Source: Bdellovibrionales bacterium
Lineage (GTDB): Bacteria > Bdellovibrionota > UBA1018 > CAIMNF01
Direction of reading: 5' to 3'
Assembly (NCBI GenBank): GCA_040380025.1
Contig: JBEIJY010000042.1
Location: 1-11,347, forward strand
Length of the DNA stretch: 11,347 nucleotides
Positions 1 through 6,895 of this stretch are shown here, piece after piece. Numbering within the stretch: position 1 is the first letter of the stretch; every line of letters starts with the position of its first letter. Position numbers and translations under genes: made by a program. The notes under the pieces were generated by a model, which saw only the letters and a list, made by a program, of their open reading frames with translations, was not told the origin of the DNA and did not search any database.

Positions 1-181
1 GTGTTCCTGTTCTGTATGGTGTTTCGGGCATGGGGATGGGTAACATAAAGGTTTTGCCGACTCTCGCGAGCCAGGATGGCGAAAGCGAGGCCGGAGGACC
101 CGGCTCGGAGGCAAAACCTTTTTGTTTCCCAGCCCCTTTCCCAAACCACGGTACTGGGTCAAGAACACGCAAAGGGGGCAG
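1..181. repeat. Nested palindromic intergenic repeat, copy 1 (left end cut by window edge)
   Basis: Right arm 113-181 (aaaacctttttgtttcccagcccctttcccaaaccacggtac...caaagggggcag) matches 4537-4605 with 3 substitutions. Left arm 1-55 aligns to 4424-4478. Core 56-112 is shared with copies 2 and 3. Confidence 0.93.
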
Positions 182-198
182 ATCGCCAGTCACACCGG

Positions 199-227
199 TT
201 GCAAGCATCCCTTGAGTTCGATAACGT
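199..227 (+). promoter_or_regulatory. Putative sigma70 promoter of the thiolase gene (TTGCAA-N17-TAACGT), likely leaderless transcript
   Basis: TTGCAA at 199-204, 17-nt spacer, TAACGT at 222-227. ATG follows 7 nt later at 235 with no Shine-Dalgarno. Confidence 0.55.
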
Positions 228-234
228 CGAAACC

Positions 235-1416
235 ATGAGTAATGACGTCGTGGTGGCAGGATTTGCAAGGACTCCGTTTGGCAGTTTTCAGGGAGCGTTG
301 GCCTCTGTGCCCGCCCCGAAGCTCGGGGCGCACGCGATTCGCGAGGCGCTCGCGCGTGCCGGAGTGCGGCCGGATCAAGTGTCCGAGGTGATTTTCGGCA
401 ATGTTCTGACCGGAGGAGTCGGGCAGGCCCCGGCCCGTCAGGCCATGATTCATGCGGGCATTCCCGACTCGGTGCCGGCCCTGACGATCAACAAGGTTTG
501 TGGAAGCGGCATGAAAGCGATCATGCTCGGGGTTCAGTCGATCCGCACGGGCGAGAGCGAAATCGTCGTCGCGGGCGGGCAGGAGAGCATGTCGAACGCG
601 CCGTACCTGATGCCCGCCGCGCGGAACGGGTTCCGGATGGGGAACGCCCAGGTCATCGATGGCATGATCCACGACGGCCTTTGGGATCCGTACCAGAACC
701 GCCACATGGGGAACTTCGGTGAACTCTGCGCACGCGAGATCCACTTTACCCGCGAGGAGCAGGATGAGTTCGCGGCCGAAAGCTTCCGTCGCGCCATCGC
801 TGCACAGAACGAGAATTGCTTCGCATCCGAGATCGCGTCTTTTTCGGTGCCCGGCCAAAAAGGCGCCGCCGTCGTCATCGAGCACGACGAGGGTCCGTCG
901 AAAGTGAAATTCGACCGGATTCCGACCCTGAAGCCGGTGTTTGATCCGGCGGGAACGATCACCGCCGCAAACGCATCGACGATCAATGACGGAGCGGCGG
1001 CGCTGGTTCTTGCGCCCGCCGATCGCGTGGCGGCTCTGGGCTTGAAGCCCCTGGCACGAATCGTTTCGCAGGCAACCCATGCGCAGGAGCCCGCCTGGTT
1101 CACCACCGCGCCCGCGGGTGCCATGAAGAAAGCGCTCGAGAAGGCATCCTGGAGCGTGAAGGACGTGGACCTGTTCGAAGTGAACGAGGCGTTCGCCGTG
1201 GTGGCGATGGCCGCACAAAAAGAACTCGGAATCCCCCGCGAGAAATTGAATGTCTGGGGCGGGGCGATCAGCATCGGTCACCCGATCGGCGCATCCGGCG
1301 CCCGCATTGTGATGACGCTGATTTCTGCCCTTCGGGCCCGCGGAAAAAAACGGGGCCTTGCCGGAATCTGCATCGGCGGGGGCGAGGCCACCGCGATCGC
1401 GGTGGAGATCCTCTGA
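235..1416 (+). CDS. atoB: Acetyl-CoA C-acetyltransferase (thiolase), 393 aa
   Basis: Starts MSNDVVVAGFARTPFG. Contains the active-site motifs INKVCGSG, NEAF, GHPIGASG and CIGGG. The ORF-track extension from 76 runs through the repeat and is not thiolase-like. Confidence 0.95.
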   Translation: MSNDVVVAGFARTPFGSFQGALASVPAPKLGAHAIREALARAGVRPDQVSEVIFGNVLTGGVGQAPARQAMIHAGIPDSVPALTINKVCGSGMKAIMLGVQSIRTGESEIVVAGGQESMSNAPYLMPAARNGFRMGNAQVIDGMIHDGLWDPYQNRHMGNFGELCAREIHFTREEQDEFAAESFRRAIAAQNENCFASEIASFSVPGQKGAAVVIEHDEGPSKVKFDRIPTLKPVFDPAGTITAANASTINDGAAALVLAPADRVAALGLKPLARIVSQATHAQEPAWFTTAPAGAMKKALEKASWSVKDVDLFEVNEAFAVVAMAAQKELGIPREKLNVWGGAISIGHPIGASGARIVMTLISALRARGKKRGLAGICIGGGEATAIAVEIL

Positions 1417-2984
1417 ACATCAGATTCGGAATCGCGGTTTCGTTTTTGGTTTTGATTGTGCCGTTTGCGCTGGTTGCGCCCTCTGCTTCGGTCGAGGCAA
1501 AAACCCTGCACATGCACCTCGTCGATGCGCCGGCCGTGTTCGACTGGAACGGCGCTGTTGCGAATCCAGAGGCTCCGGTCGTACACCTGATCGGAGAAAG
1601 CTTGTACCGATTCCGGCCCGGCACCGGCAAACCCGTTCCGGCACTCGCCGAGTCCGTTCAAAAATCAAAAGACCTTCGGAAGTACACCTTCACCCTGCGA
1701 AAAGACGCGCGCTGGTCGGACGGGCGTCCGGTGGTCGCGCAAGATTTCGTCGATTCATGGATTCGCCTGCTCTCACCCCAGTCCGCATCATTGTACGCGT
1801 ATTACCTGTTCGACATCGAAGGTGCGCGTGAGTTTCACACGAAGCCCGGAGGCAACCCCTCGATGGTGGGAATTTCGGCCGAAGGGGAGCGCACTCTGGT
1901 GGTCAGGTTGCGGGAGCCGGTTCCGGATTGGGAACAGGTTCCCACGTTCTGGCCCACGTTTCCCGTCCGGAAGGACCTGATCGAGAAACTCGGGGAGCGG
2001 GCGTTCCGTCCCGGAGTTCTGCATTCGAGCGGCCCGTTCGTGCTCGAGAGCTTCGAGCCAGGGAAGAAGCTCGTTCTGCTGAAAAATCGGTTTTACTCGC
2101 GTGCAAAGACCAATCTCGACCGGATCGAGATCGATTTCGATCAGGATCTAGAGCGGGCGTATTCCCGCTACCGATCCGGTTTTTATCCGTTCTTGCAGTT
2201 TTTTCCCTGCGACAAGGTCGCGGGTCATGCAAAAAAAGGCGATCTCCTCCAGCCACCCCTGCATCGGAGCCATCTGCTGATCGCGAATGCAAAGAAGTAT
2301 CCGATGACGATCCGGGATTTTCGTGCGGCGATCATGATGGCGGTCAATCCGGTCGAGCTGAATCGCGGCTGTGAGGGGCGGTTTTCGCGCGCGAGCGGAA
2401 TGATCCCGCCGCCGCTTCCGGGAGCGACCGAAGAGGTGGTCGCGAAACCCGATCCGACCGAGGCCGCCCGGAGGCTCGAGCGATCGGGTGTGGTGGTCTC
2501 AACCAAGCTGAGGCTCCGGATCCTGACGCGATCGGGAGAGTCGTTCGAGAGCTTCGGCCGGAAGATCGAGGAGCAGCTCCGGAAGACGCTCGGTGTCGAG
2601 GTCGAGCTTCTGGCATTGAGTCCGGGAGAGTTCGGCGGCTTTGCCGGTTTGAGTGATTATGATCTGATTCTGTCATACTGGAACGCGAAGATCCCGAGTG
2701 CGCGGGATTTTTTGTTCCCCCACAGCGGGCAGGCAAAGAACAGCAGACTCCGGTTTGACAGCGCCATTTATGACGAGCTGGTCGACCGGCTCCGGATCAC
2801 CGGCGGAGGGAAGGCGGAGGCCGCAACGATCCGGAAGGCGCAGGAGGAATATGTGCGGAACGAGTTTGTGATCCTTCCTCTTGCGAACGAGAAGGCCACG
2901 GTCCTTCGGAGCCGGAAGATCCGCAATCTTTCGTTCCATTTCATGGGGTTTCCGCTCCTGGACGACGTGATCCTCGAGGACTGA
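1413..2984 (+). CDS. Peptide/nickel ABC transporter substrate-binding protein (SBP family 5, OppA/DppA-like)
   Basis: Family-5 signatures PALAES...YTFTLRKDARWSDGRPVVAQDFVDSW and SGPFVL, with an N-terminal signal peptide. First canonical start is TTG at 1446. An in-frame CTG at 1413 gives a complete signal peptide (see findings). Confidence 0.88.
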   Translation: MNIRFGIAVSFLVLIVPFALVAPSASVEAKTLHMHLVDAPAVFDWNGAVANPEAPVVHLIGESLYRFRPGTGKPVPALAESVQKSKDLRKYTFTLRKDARWSDGRPVVAQDFVDSWIRLLSPQSASLYAYYLFDIEGAREFHTKPGGNPSMVGISAEGERTLVVRLREPVPDWEQVPTFWPTFPVRKDLIEKLGERAFRPGVLHSSGPFVLESFEPGKKLVLLKNRFYSRAKTNLDRIEIDFDQDLERAYSRYRSGFYPFLQFFPCDKVAGHAKKGDLLQPPLHRSHLLIANAKKYPMTIRDFRAAIMMAVNPVELNRGCEGRFSRASGMIPPPLPGATEEVVAKPDPTEAARRLERSGVVVSTKLRLRILTRSGESFESFGRKIEEQLRKTLGVEVELLALSPGEFGGFAGLSDYDLILSYWNAKIPSARDFLFPHSGQAKNSRLRFDSAIYDELVDRLRITGGGKAEAATIRKAQEEYVRNEFVILPLANEKATVLRSRKIRNLSFHFMGFPLLDDVILED

Positions 2985-3024
2985 CCCGGTTTACAAACCC
3001 CCGCGACTGTGTGAGCGTATCGCC

Positions 3025-3741
3025 ATGAAACACGGCATGAACAAGGTGGTTTCGGGGCCCGACGAAGCGGTCCACGATATTTTTGACGGGGCGGTCCTGA
3101 CCATGGGCGGGTTCGGACTCTGCGGGATTCCCGAGAACAGCATCGCGGCGCTGGTCCGCAAGGGCGTGCGGAATCTGACCTGCGTCTCGAACAATGCCGG
3201 AGTCGACGGCTTCGGCATCGGGCTCATGCTCGAAAAGAAACAAGTGAAGAAAATGATCTCGAGCTATGTCGGCGAGAACAAGCTGTTCGAACAGCTGGTG
3301 CTTTCGAGCGAACTGGAGCTCGAATTCGCGCCGCAGGGAACGCTCGCCGAACGTCTGCGTGCGGGCGGGGCTGGAATTCCGGCGTTTTATACCCCGACCG
3401 GAGCGGGCACGCTGATCGCCGAAGGCAAGGAAGAGCGGGATTTCGGCGGAAGAAAATACATTCTCGAGAAAGGCATCGTCGGGGATTTCGGCATCGTGAA
3501 GGCCTGGAAGGGCGATGCGATGGGGAATCTGGTTTTTCGCAAGACCTCGCGCAATTTCAATCCGCTTTGCGCGATGGCCGGGAAGATCACGATCGTCGAG
3601 GTCGAGGAGCTCGTGCCCGTGGGGGCGATCGATCCGGACCAGGTGCACTTGCCGGGTGTGTACGTGCACCGGATTTTCCAGGGTCGGAACTACGAAAAAC
3701 GGATCGAGCGCCGCGTGCTTTCGTCGGGAGGTGCATCATGA
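3025..3741 (+). CDS. scoA: 3-oxoacid (succinyl-CoA:acetoacetate) CoA-transferase subunit A
   Basis: Motifs [43 protein letters not shown] and RNFNP. Alternative start ATG at 3037 (MNKV). Confidence 0.93.
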   Translation: MKHGMNKVVSGPDEAVHDIFDGAVLTMGGFGLCGIPENSIAALVRKGVRNLTCVSNNAGVDGFGIGLMLEKKQVKKMISSYVGENKLFEQLVLSSELELEFAPQGTLAERLRAGGAGIPAFYTPTGAGTLIAEGKEERDFGGRKYILEKGIVGDFGIVKAWKGDAMGNLVFRKTSRNFNPLCAMAGKITIVEVEELVPVGAIDPDQVHLPGVYVHRIFQGRNYEKRIERRVLSSGGAS

Positions 3742-4394
3742 GTCTGAGTCGCGAACAGATCGCCATGCGGATCGCGCAAGAGCTTCGGGACGGGTACTAT
3801 GTGAATCTCGGCATCGGGATTCCCACCCTGGTCGCGAATTACATTCCGAAGGGCATCGAGGTGGTGCTCCAGAGCGAGAACGGGATTCTCGGGCTCGGAC
3901 CGTATCCGACCGAGGCGCAGGTGGATCCCGATTTGATCAATGCCGGAAAAGAAACTGTCACGGTGATTCCCGGAGCCGCGTTTTTTTCGAGTGCGGATTC
4001 GTTTGCGATGATCCGGGCCGGAAAAATCGATCTTACGGTGCTTGGCGCGATGGAGGTCGATCAGAACGGCGATCTTGCGAATTGGATGATCCCGGGAAAA
4101 CTCGTGAAGGGCATGGGCGGGGCGATGGATCTCGTGGCCGGCGCGAAGCGTGTGGTCGTGGCGATGCAGCATGTTTCGAAGGACGGAAAAAGCAAGGTGC
4201 TGAAGAAGTGTCAGCTTCCGCTCACCGGGCAAAAGTGCGTGAACCGGATTGTCTCGGAGCTCGCGGTGATCGACGTGACCCCGCAGGGCCTGCGGCTTGT
4301 GGAGCGCGCGCCCGGCGTGAGCGTCGAGCAGATCGTGAAATCGACCGAGGCGGAGCTGCTCATCGAGGGCGAAATTCCCGAGATGAAGCTTTGA
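3738..4394 (+). CDS. scoB: 3-oxoacid CoA-transferase subunit B, 218 aa
   Basis: Motifs [16 protein letters not shown] (catalytic Glu) and [13 protein letters not shown] overlap with the subunit A stop at 3738-3741. Confidence 0.94.
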   Translation: MSLSREQIAMRIAQELRDGYYVNLGIGIPTLVANYIPKGIEVVLQSENGILGLGPYPTEAQVDPDLINAGKETVTVIPGAAFFSSADSFAMIRAGKIDLTVLGAMEVDQNGDLANWMIPGKLVKGMGGAMDLVAGAKRVVVAMQHVSKDGKSKVLKKCQLPLTGQKCVNRIVSELAVIDVTPQGLRLVERAPGVSVEQIVKSTEAELLIEGEIPEMKL

Positions 4395-4406
4395 TTGCAA
4401 ATTACC

Positions 4407-4609
4407 CAAACTGCCCCCTTTGAGTGTTCCTGATCAGTACGGTGTTTCGGGAAAGGGGCTGGGAAACAAAAAGGTTTTTTCCTCCGAGCCGGATCCTCCG
4501 GCCTCGCTCTCGCCATCGTGGCTCGCGAGAGTCGGCAAAACCTTTTTGTTTCCCAGCCCCTTTCCCAAACCACGGTACCGGGTCAAGCACACTCAAAGGG
4601 GGCAGTTTG
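4407..4609. repeat. Nested palindromic intergenic repeat, copy 2 (complete, 203 bp), between convergent genes
   Basis: Perfect 21-bp outer inverted repeat caaactgccccctttgagtgt (4407-4427 / 4589-4609), an imperfect middle stem, a perfect 30-bp inner inverted repeat gggaaaggggctgggaaacaaaaaggtttt (4449-4478 / 4537-4566), and a 58-nt core at 4479-4536. Confidence 0.96.
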
Positions 4610-4621
4610 CAGTTCGTATCC

Positions 4622-5566
4622 TCAAAGCGGCCAACGGTGTTGCACCGAGAGCGCGACACTCCGGCTCAGGCTCACATTCTGTGCCGGACCCATCAGGGTT
4701 TGGTCAGTGTAAGCGAGTCCGAGCGACCATTCATCACTGAGCATGTATCCCGCCTGAATCGAGGTATTCCAAGCGAGTTGAGGCTCCGAGACCGATCGAA
4801 TGTCGCCCGTGGTTTCCATGCTTCCCTCGAACACCGGCGACAGGCTCGCTCCGAACCGGAAGCTTCCGCCGCCCGGACTCCAGCCCGCACCCACTAGGGC
4901 GGTTCCCCCGAAGGAGGGCACGACCTCGAGATTCGCTCCGGCCTCGGTCACCACCGAGCGGGGGAGCGAGCGGTGCGCCTCGAAGGTCAGAATGAAATCA
5001 AAATCCGAGATCGCCTTCACGAAGACCATTCCGGCACCGATGGTCGTGAAACCCCGTCCCCGGGAATCAATCTGAAACGGCTCGATCGAATCGTAGGTGG
5101 AGGGTCCCGTGGGAAGGGTCACCTGCAAAAACGCAAAGCCCTTCGGACGGAAGCGGGAGTAGGTGTAGTCGGGCATCACCTCATAGGCGAAATCGAAAAG
5201 TACGTCTCCGGGGCCGGAGGCCGTGGTGTAGATCTCGGGAGTATCGATCGCGCGCGAGACGATCGGAATGCTCGCACCGATCTGTCCGCGGTCGAAAATG
5301 CGATAGGCGCCGGAGACATTGAGCACGCTCAGGGACTCATCGTCATCGGCCGCCCGGAAAACAGGAAGCCCCGTTGCGGGCGCATCACCGATGATCATCC
5401 CTCGCGAAACGCTTGCCTGGATCTGGGCCCGATCATCTCCGGTGATCAGGTTCGGAATTGCAGAGCCTCCGCCGCAACAGGGCGCGGCCCGGGCCGGTAA
5501 ACCATCGAAAAAACAAACAAGAAGAAATGCGAGGGCAAAAAAGACCCTAAATCTTGACGGGCACAA
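4622..5566 (-). CDS. Secreted hypothetical protein, putative outer-membrane beta-barrel/transporter with N-terminal CCGGG motif
   Basis: Signal peptide ending ARA followed by APCCGGG. Alternating amphipathic beta segments, a 'GPGD' segment and 'LPTG'. C-terminus SVALSVQHRWPL resembles a barrel beta-signal. Overlaps the upstream gene by 20 nt. Confidence 0.7.
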   Translation of the reverse strand: MCPSRFRVFFALAFLLVCFFDGLPARAAPCCGGGSAIPNLITGDDRAQIQASVSRGMIIGDAPATGLPVFRAADDDESLSVLNVSGAYRIFDRGQIGASIPIVSRAIDTPEIYTTASGPGDVLFDFAYEVMPDYTYSRFRPKGFAFLQVTLPTGPSTYDSIEPFQIDSRGRGFTTIGAGMVFVKAISDFDFILTFEAHRSLPRSVVTEAGANLEVVPSFGGTALVGAGWSPGGGSFRFGASLSPVFEGSMETTGDIRSVSEPQLAWNTSIQAGYMLSDEWSLGLAYTDQTLMGPAQNVSLSRSVALSVQHRWPL

Positions 5567-6068
5567 CTGCTTCTTCCACGACGGTACTGCCGTCCTTCAG
5601 CTGGACGTGGACCTCCCAAGGCCCCGGCATCACGAAAAAAACGTTCTTCGATTCGTACTGTCCGGGAAGTGCCGCTCCGTTCGCATCGGTCTTCGGAGTC
5701 AGGGTTACGGGCGAAGAACCGTGATTCATGCTTTTCATCCAAAGCAGAAGGAAAGGGATCTTAGGGGGTGTTGCGAAGGGACCGACGGGCGAGCCTCCGG
5801 TTTTTTTCCAGAACTTGAGCCCGACCGAGAGCAACTGATTCGCCCGGAGCGAGGATTTCCATTCGAGGCTCGCGCAAAATCCGGCTTTCGGGAAGTCGAT
5901 GGGGCAGGCGCCGGCATCGGCTTCGTTCTCTTCGGTTTCAAACTCCTCCGATGCCAGAACCTCTTCGGCGTTTTCGTGATGAAGAATGGGCGATGCGCCG
6001 CAAGCCGTCTGGAACAAAAATGCGATCATGATCAGGAAAAGGGGGGATTTTTGGTGCAAGAGGTTCAT
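5547..6068 (-). CDS. Lipoprotein with YtkA/FixH-like Ig-fold domain
   Basis: Lipobox-like FQTA-C, Met/His motif WMKSMNHGSSP, and the YtkA-type C-terminal pattern GQY...FVMPGPWEVHV. ATGA-coupled to the upstream redoxin. Confidence 0.72.
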   Translation of the reverse strand: MNLLHQKSPLFLIMIAFLFQTACGASPILHHENAEEVLASEEFETEENEADAGACPIDFPKAGFCASLEWKSSLRANQLLSVGLKFWKKTGGSPVGPFATPPKIPFLLLWMKSMNHGSSPVTLTPKTDANGAALPGQYESKNVFFVMPGPWEVHVQLKDGSTVVEEAVVPVKI

Positions 6069-6625
6069 GGGGTTTCCTTTCGTTTGATGATGCAGCCGAG
6101 TGTCCGGACCACCGAAGGATCGGGTTTTCGTCCTTCTTTGAGCGCGATCAGCGCGTCTTTCAGGTGGTGCCGTTCGGCCTTGGTTGCGGTGTGGCTGTCG
6201 TCCACCCCGCCTTGAAACACGATTTCTCCCCGCGGATCGAGCACAAACGCGTGGGGGGTTTTGTAGGCGCCGAGCTCATCGGCGAGTTTGGAGCCCGGAT
6301 CCCGCAAAACCGGGAAGGGGAGTTTTGCTGACTGAAAATGTGCTCGCACCAAAGATTCCGGTTCGTCGCCGTTTGAGTGAATCCCGAGGAACTGGAACCC
6401 CTGCCCCGAGAACTCGCGATACAGGTTCGCAAGCACGGGCTCGTGGCTCGCCGAGCACGGGCACTTGGCCGAAAGAAAGAGCAATACGGTACCCCGTTTG
6501 GCCGCCGAAGGTTTGATCGACACCCCTTCGCCGAGCGCGCCCTTGCCCGAAAACAAAGAGGGCACGGCAAAGGCTGTTCCGGCATGGACAAATGCAAAAA
6601 GAAGAAGAATCCGGGTCGCACTCAT
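6065..6625 (-). CDS. Secreted thioredoxin-fold redoxin (AhpC/TSA-like family), 186 aa
   Basis: Signal peptide (AFA), FLSAKCPCS active-site region, FLGIHSN, FPVLRD, TPHAFV, GGVDD and C-terminal GCII. ATG at 6625 is preferred over GTG at 6634. Confidence 0.85.
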   Translation of the reverse strand: MSATRILLLFAFVHAGTAFAVPSLFSGKGALGEGVSIKPSAAKRGTVLLFLSAKCPCSASHEPVLANLYREFSGQGFQFLGIHSNGDEPESLVRAHFQSAKLPFPVLRDPGSKLADELGAYKTPHAFVLDPRGEIVFQGGVDDSHTATKAERHHLKDALIALKEGRKPDPSVVRTLGCIIKRKETP

Positions 6626-6636
6626 GGAGAGCACCT

Positions 6637-6678
6637 GTGTTAACAGGTTTGACTGAATAAGTCAACTGATCGAGTCAG
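6637..6678 (-). promoter_or_regulatory. Putative promoter of the redoxin operon overlapped by a palindromic operator
   Basis: Minus strand reads TTGACT (6665-6660), N17, then TAACAC (6642-6637) preceded by TGn. Palindrome TTGACT-gaata-AGTCAA at 6649-6665, with a second degenerate site at 6662-6678. Confidence 0.55.
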
Positions 6679-6692
6679 CAAACAGAGCCAAT

Positions 6693-6885
6693 TGCCCCCT
6701 TTGATTGTGCTTGATTCAGGAGCGGGATGGGGAGAGGGGGTTGGAATCATTCTATTTTTGCCGACTCTCGCGAGCGCGTGACGCGCGAAAGCGAGGCCGC
6801 ACGACGCGGCTCGGAGGTAAAAATAGAATGATTCCAACCCCCTCTCCCCATCCCGCTCATTAAAAAAGCACAATCAAAGGGGGCA
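6693..6885. repeat. Nested palindromic intergenic repeat, copy 3 (complete, divergent arm type)
   Basis: Perfect 20-bp outer inverted repeat tgccccctttgattgtgctt (6693-6712 / 6866-6885), 7-nt unpaired spacers, a perfect 40-bp inner inverted repeat (6720-6759 / 6819-6858), and a 59-nt core at 6760-6818 homologous to the copy 1 core. Confidence 0.96.
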
Positions 6886-6895
6886 GTTTATCGTT

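Noticed and set aside
56..112. Repeat core as a hammerhead ribozyme or group II intron domain V
   Set aside because: It is a three-way junction containing GAAA, but lacks CUGANGA. The GAAA is GAGA in copy 2, and there is no domain V/VI arrangement or intron ORF.
76..234. 53-aa N-terminal extension of the thiolase ORF, and ORF 30..215
   Set aside because: Both are translations of the palindromic repeat. Closely similar peptides (e.g. KPFCFPAPFP, NLFVSQPLS) recur in ORFs over copy 2. Thiolase homology starts at ATG 235.
190..1281. Long antisense or alternate-frame ORFs (190..1281, 2941..3669, 3515..4423, 3690..4409, 5319..6215, 7034..7891, 9842..10564)
   Set aside because: These are shadow ORFs expected in GC-rich DNA. 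They overlap well-supported genes and carry no recognisable motifs.
4395..4621. Target-site duplication flanking the repeat copies
   Set aside because: No consistent direct repeat flanks copies 2, 3 or 4, so a classical DDE-type MITE assignment cannot be supported from this window.
4211..4897. Small ORFs across repeat copy 2 (4211..4573, 4402..4659, 4420..4740, 4424..4897, 4518..4712)
   Set aside because: They are read-throughs of the non-coding repeat that overlap real genes, with no protein-like features.
6724..6744. G-quadruplex in the G-rich repeat arms
   Set aside because: There are only three runs of three or more G, and the perfect complementary arm would favour a duplex hairpin.
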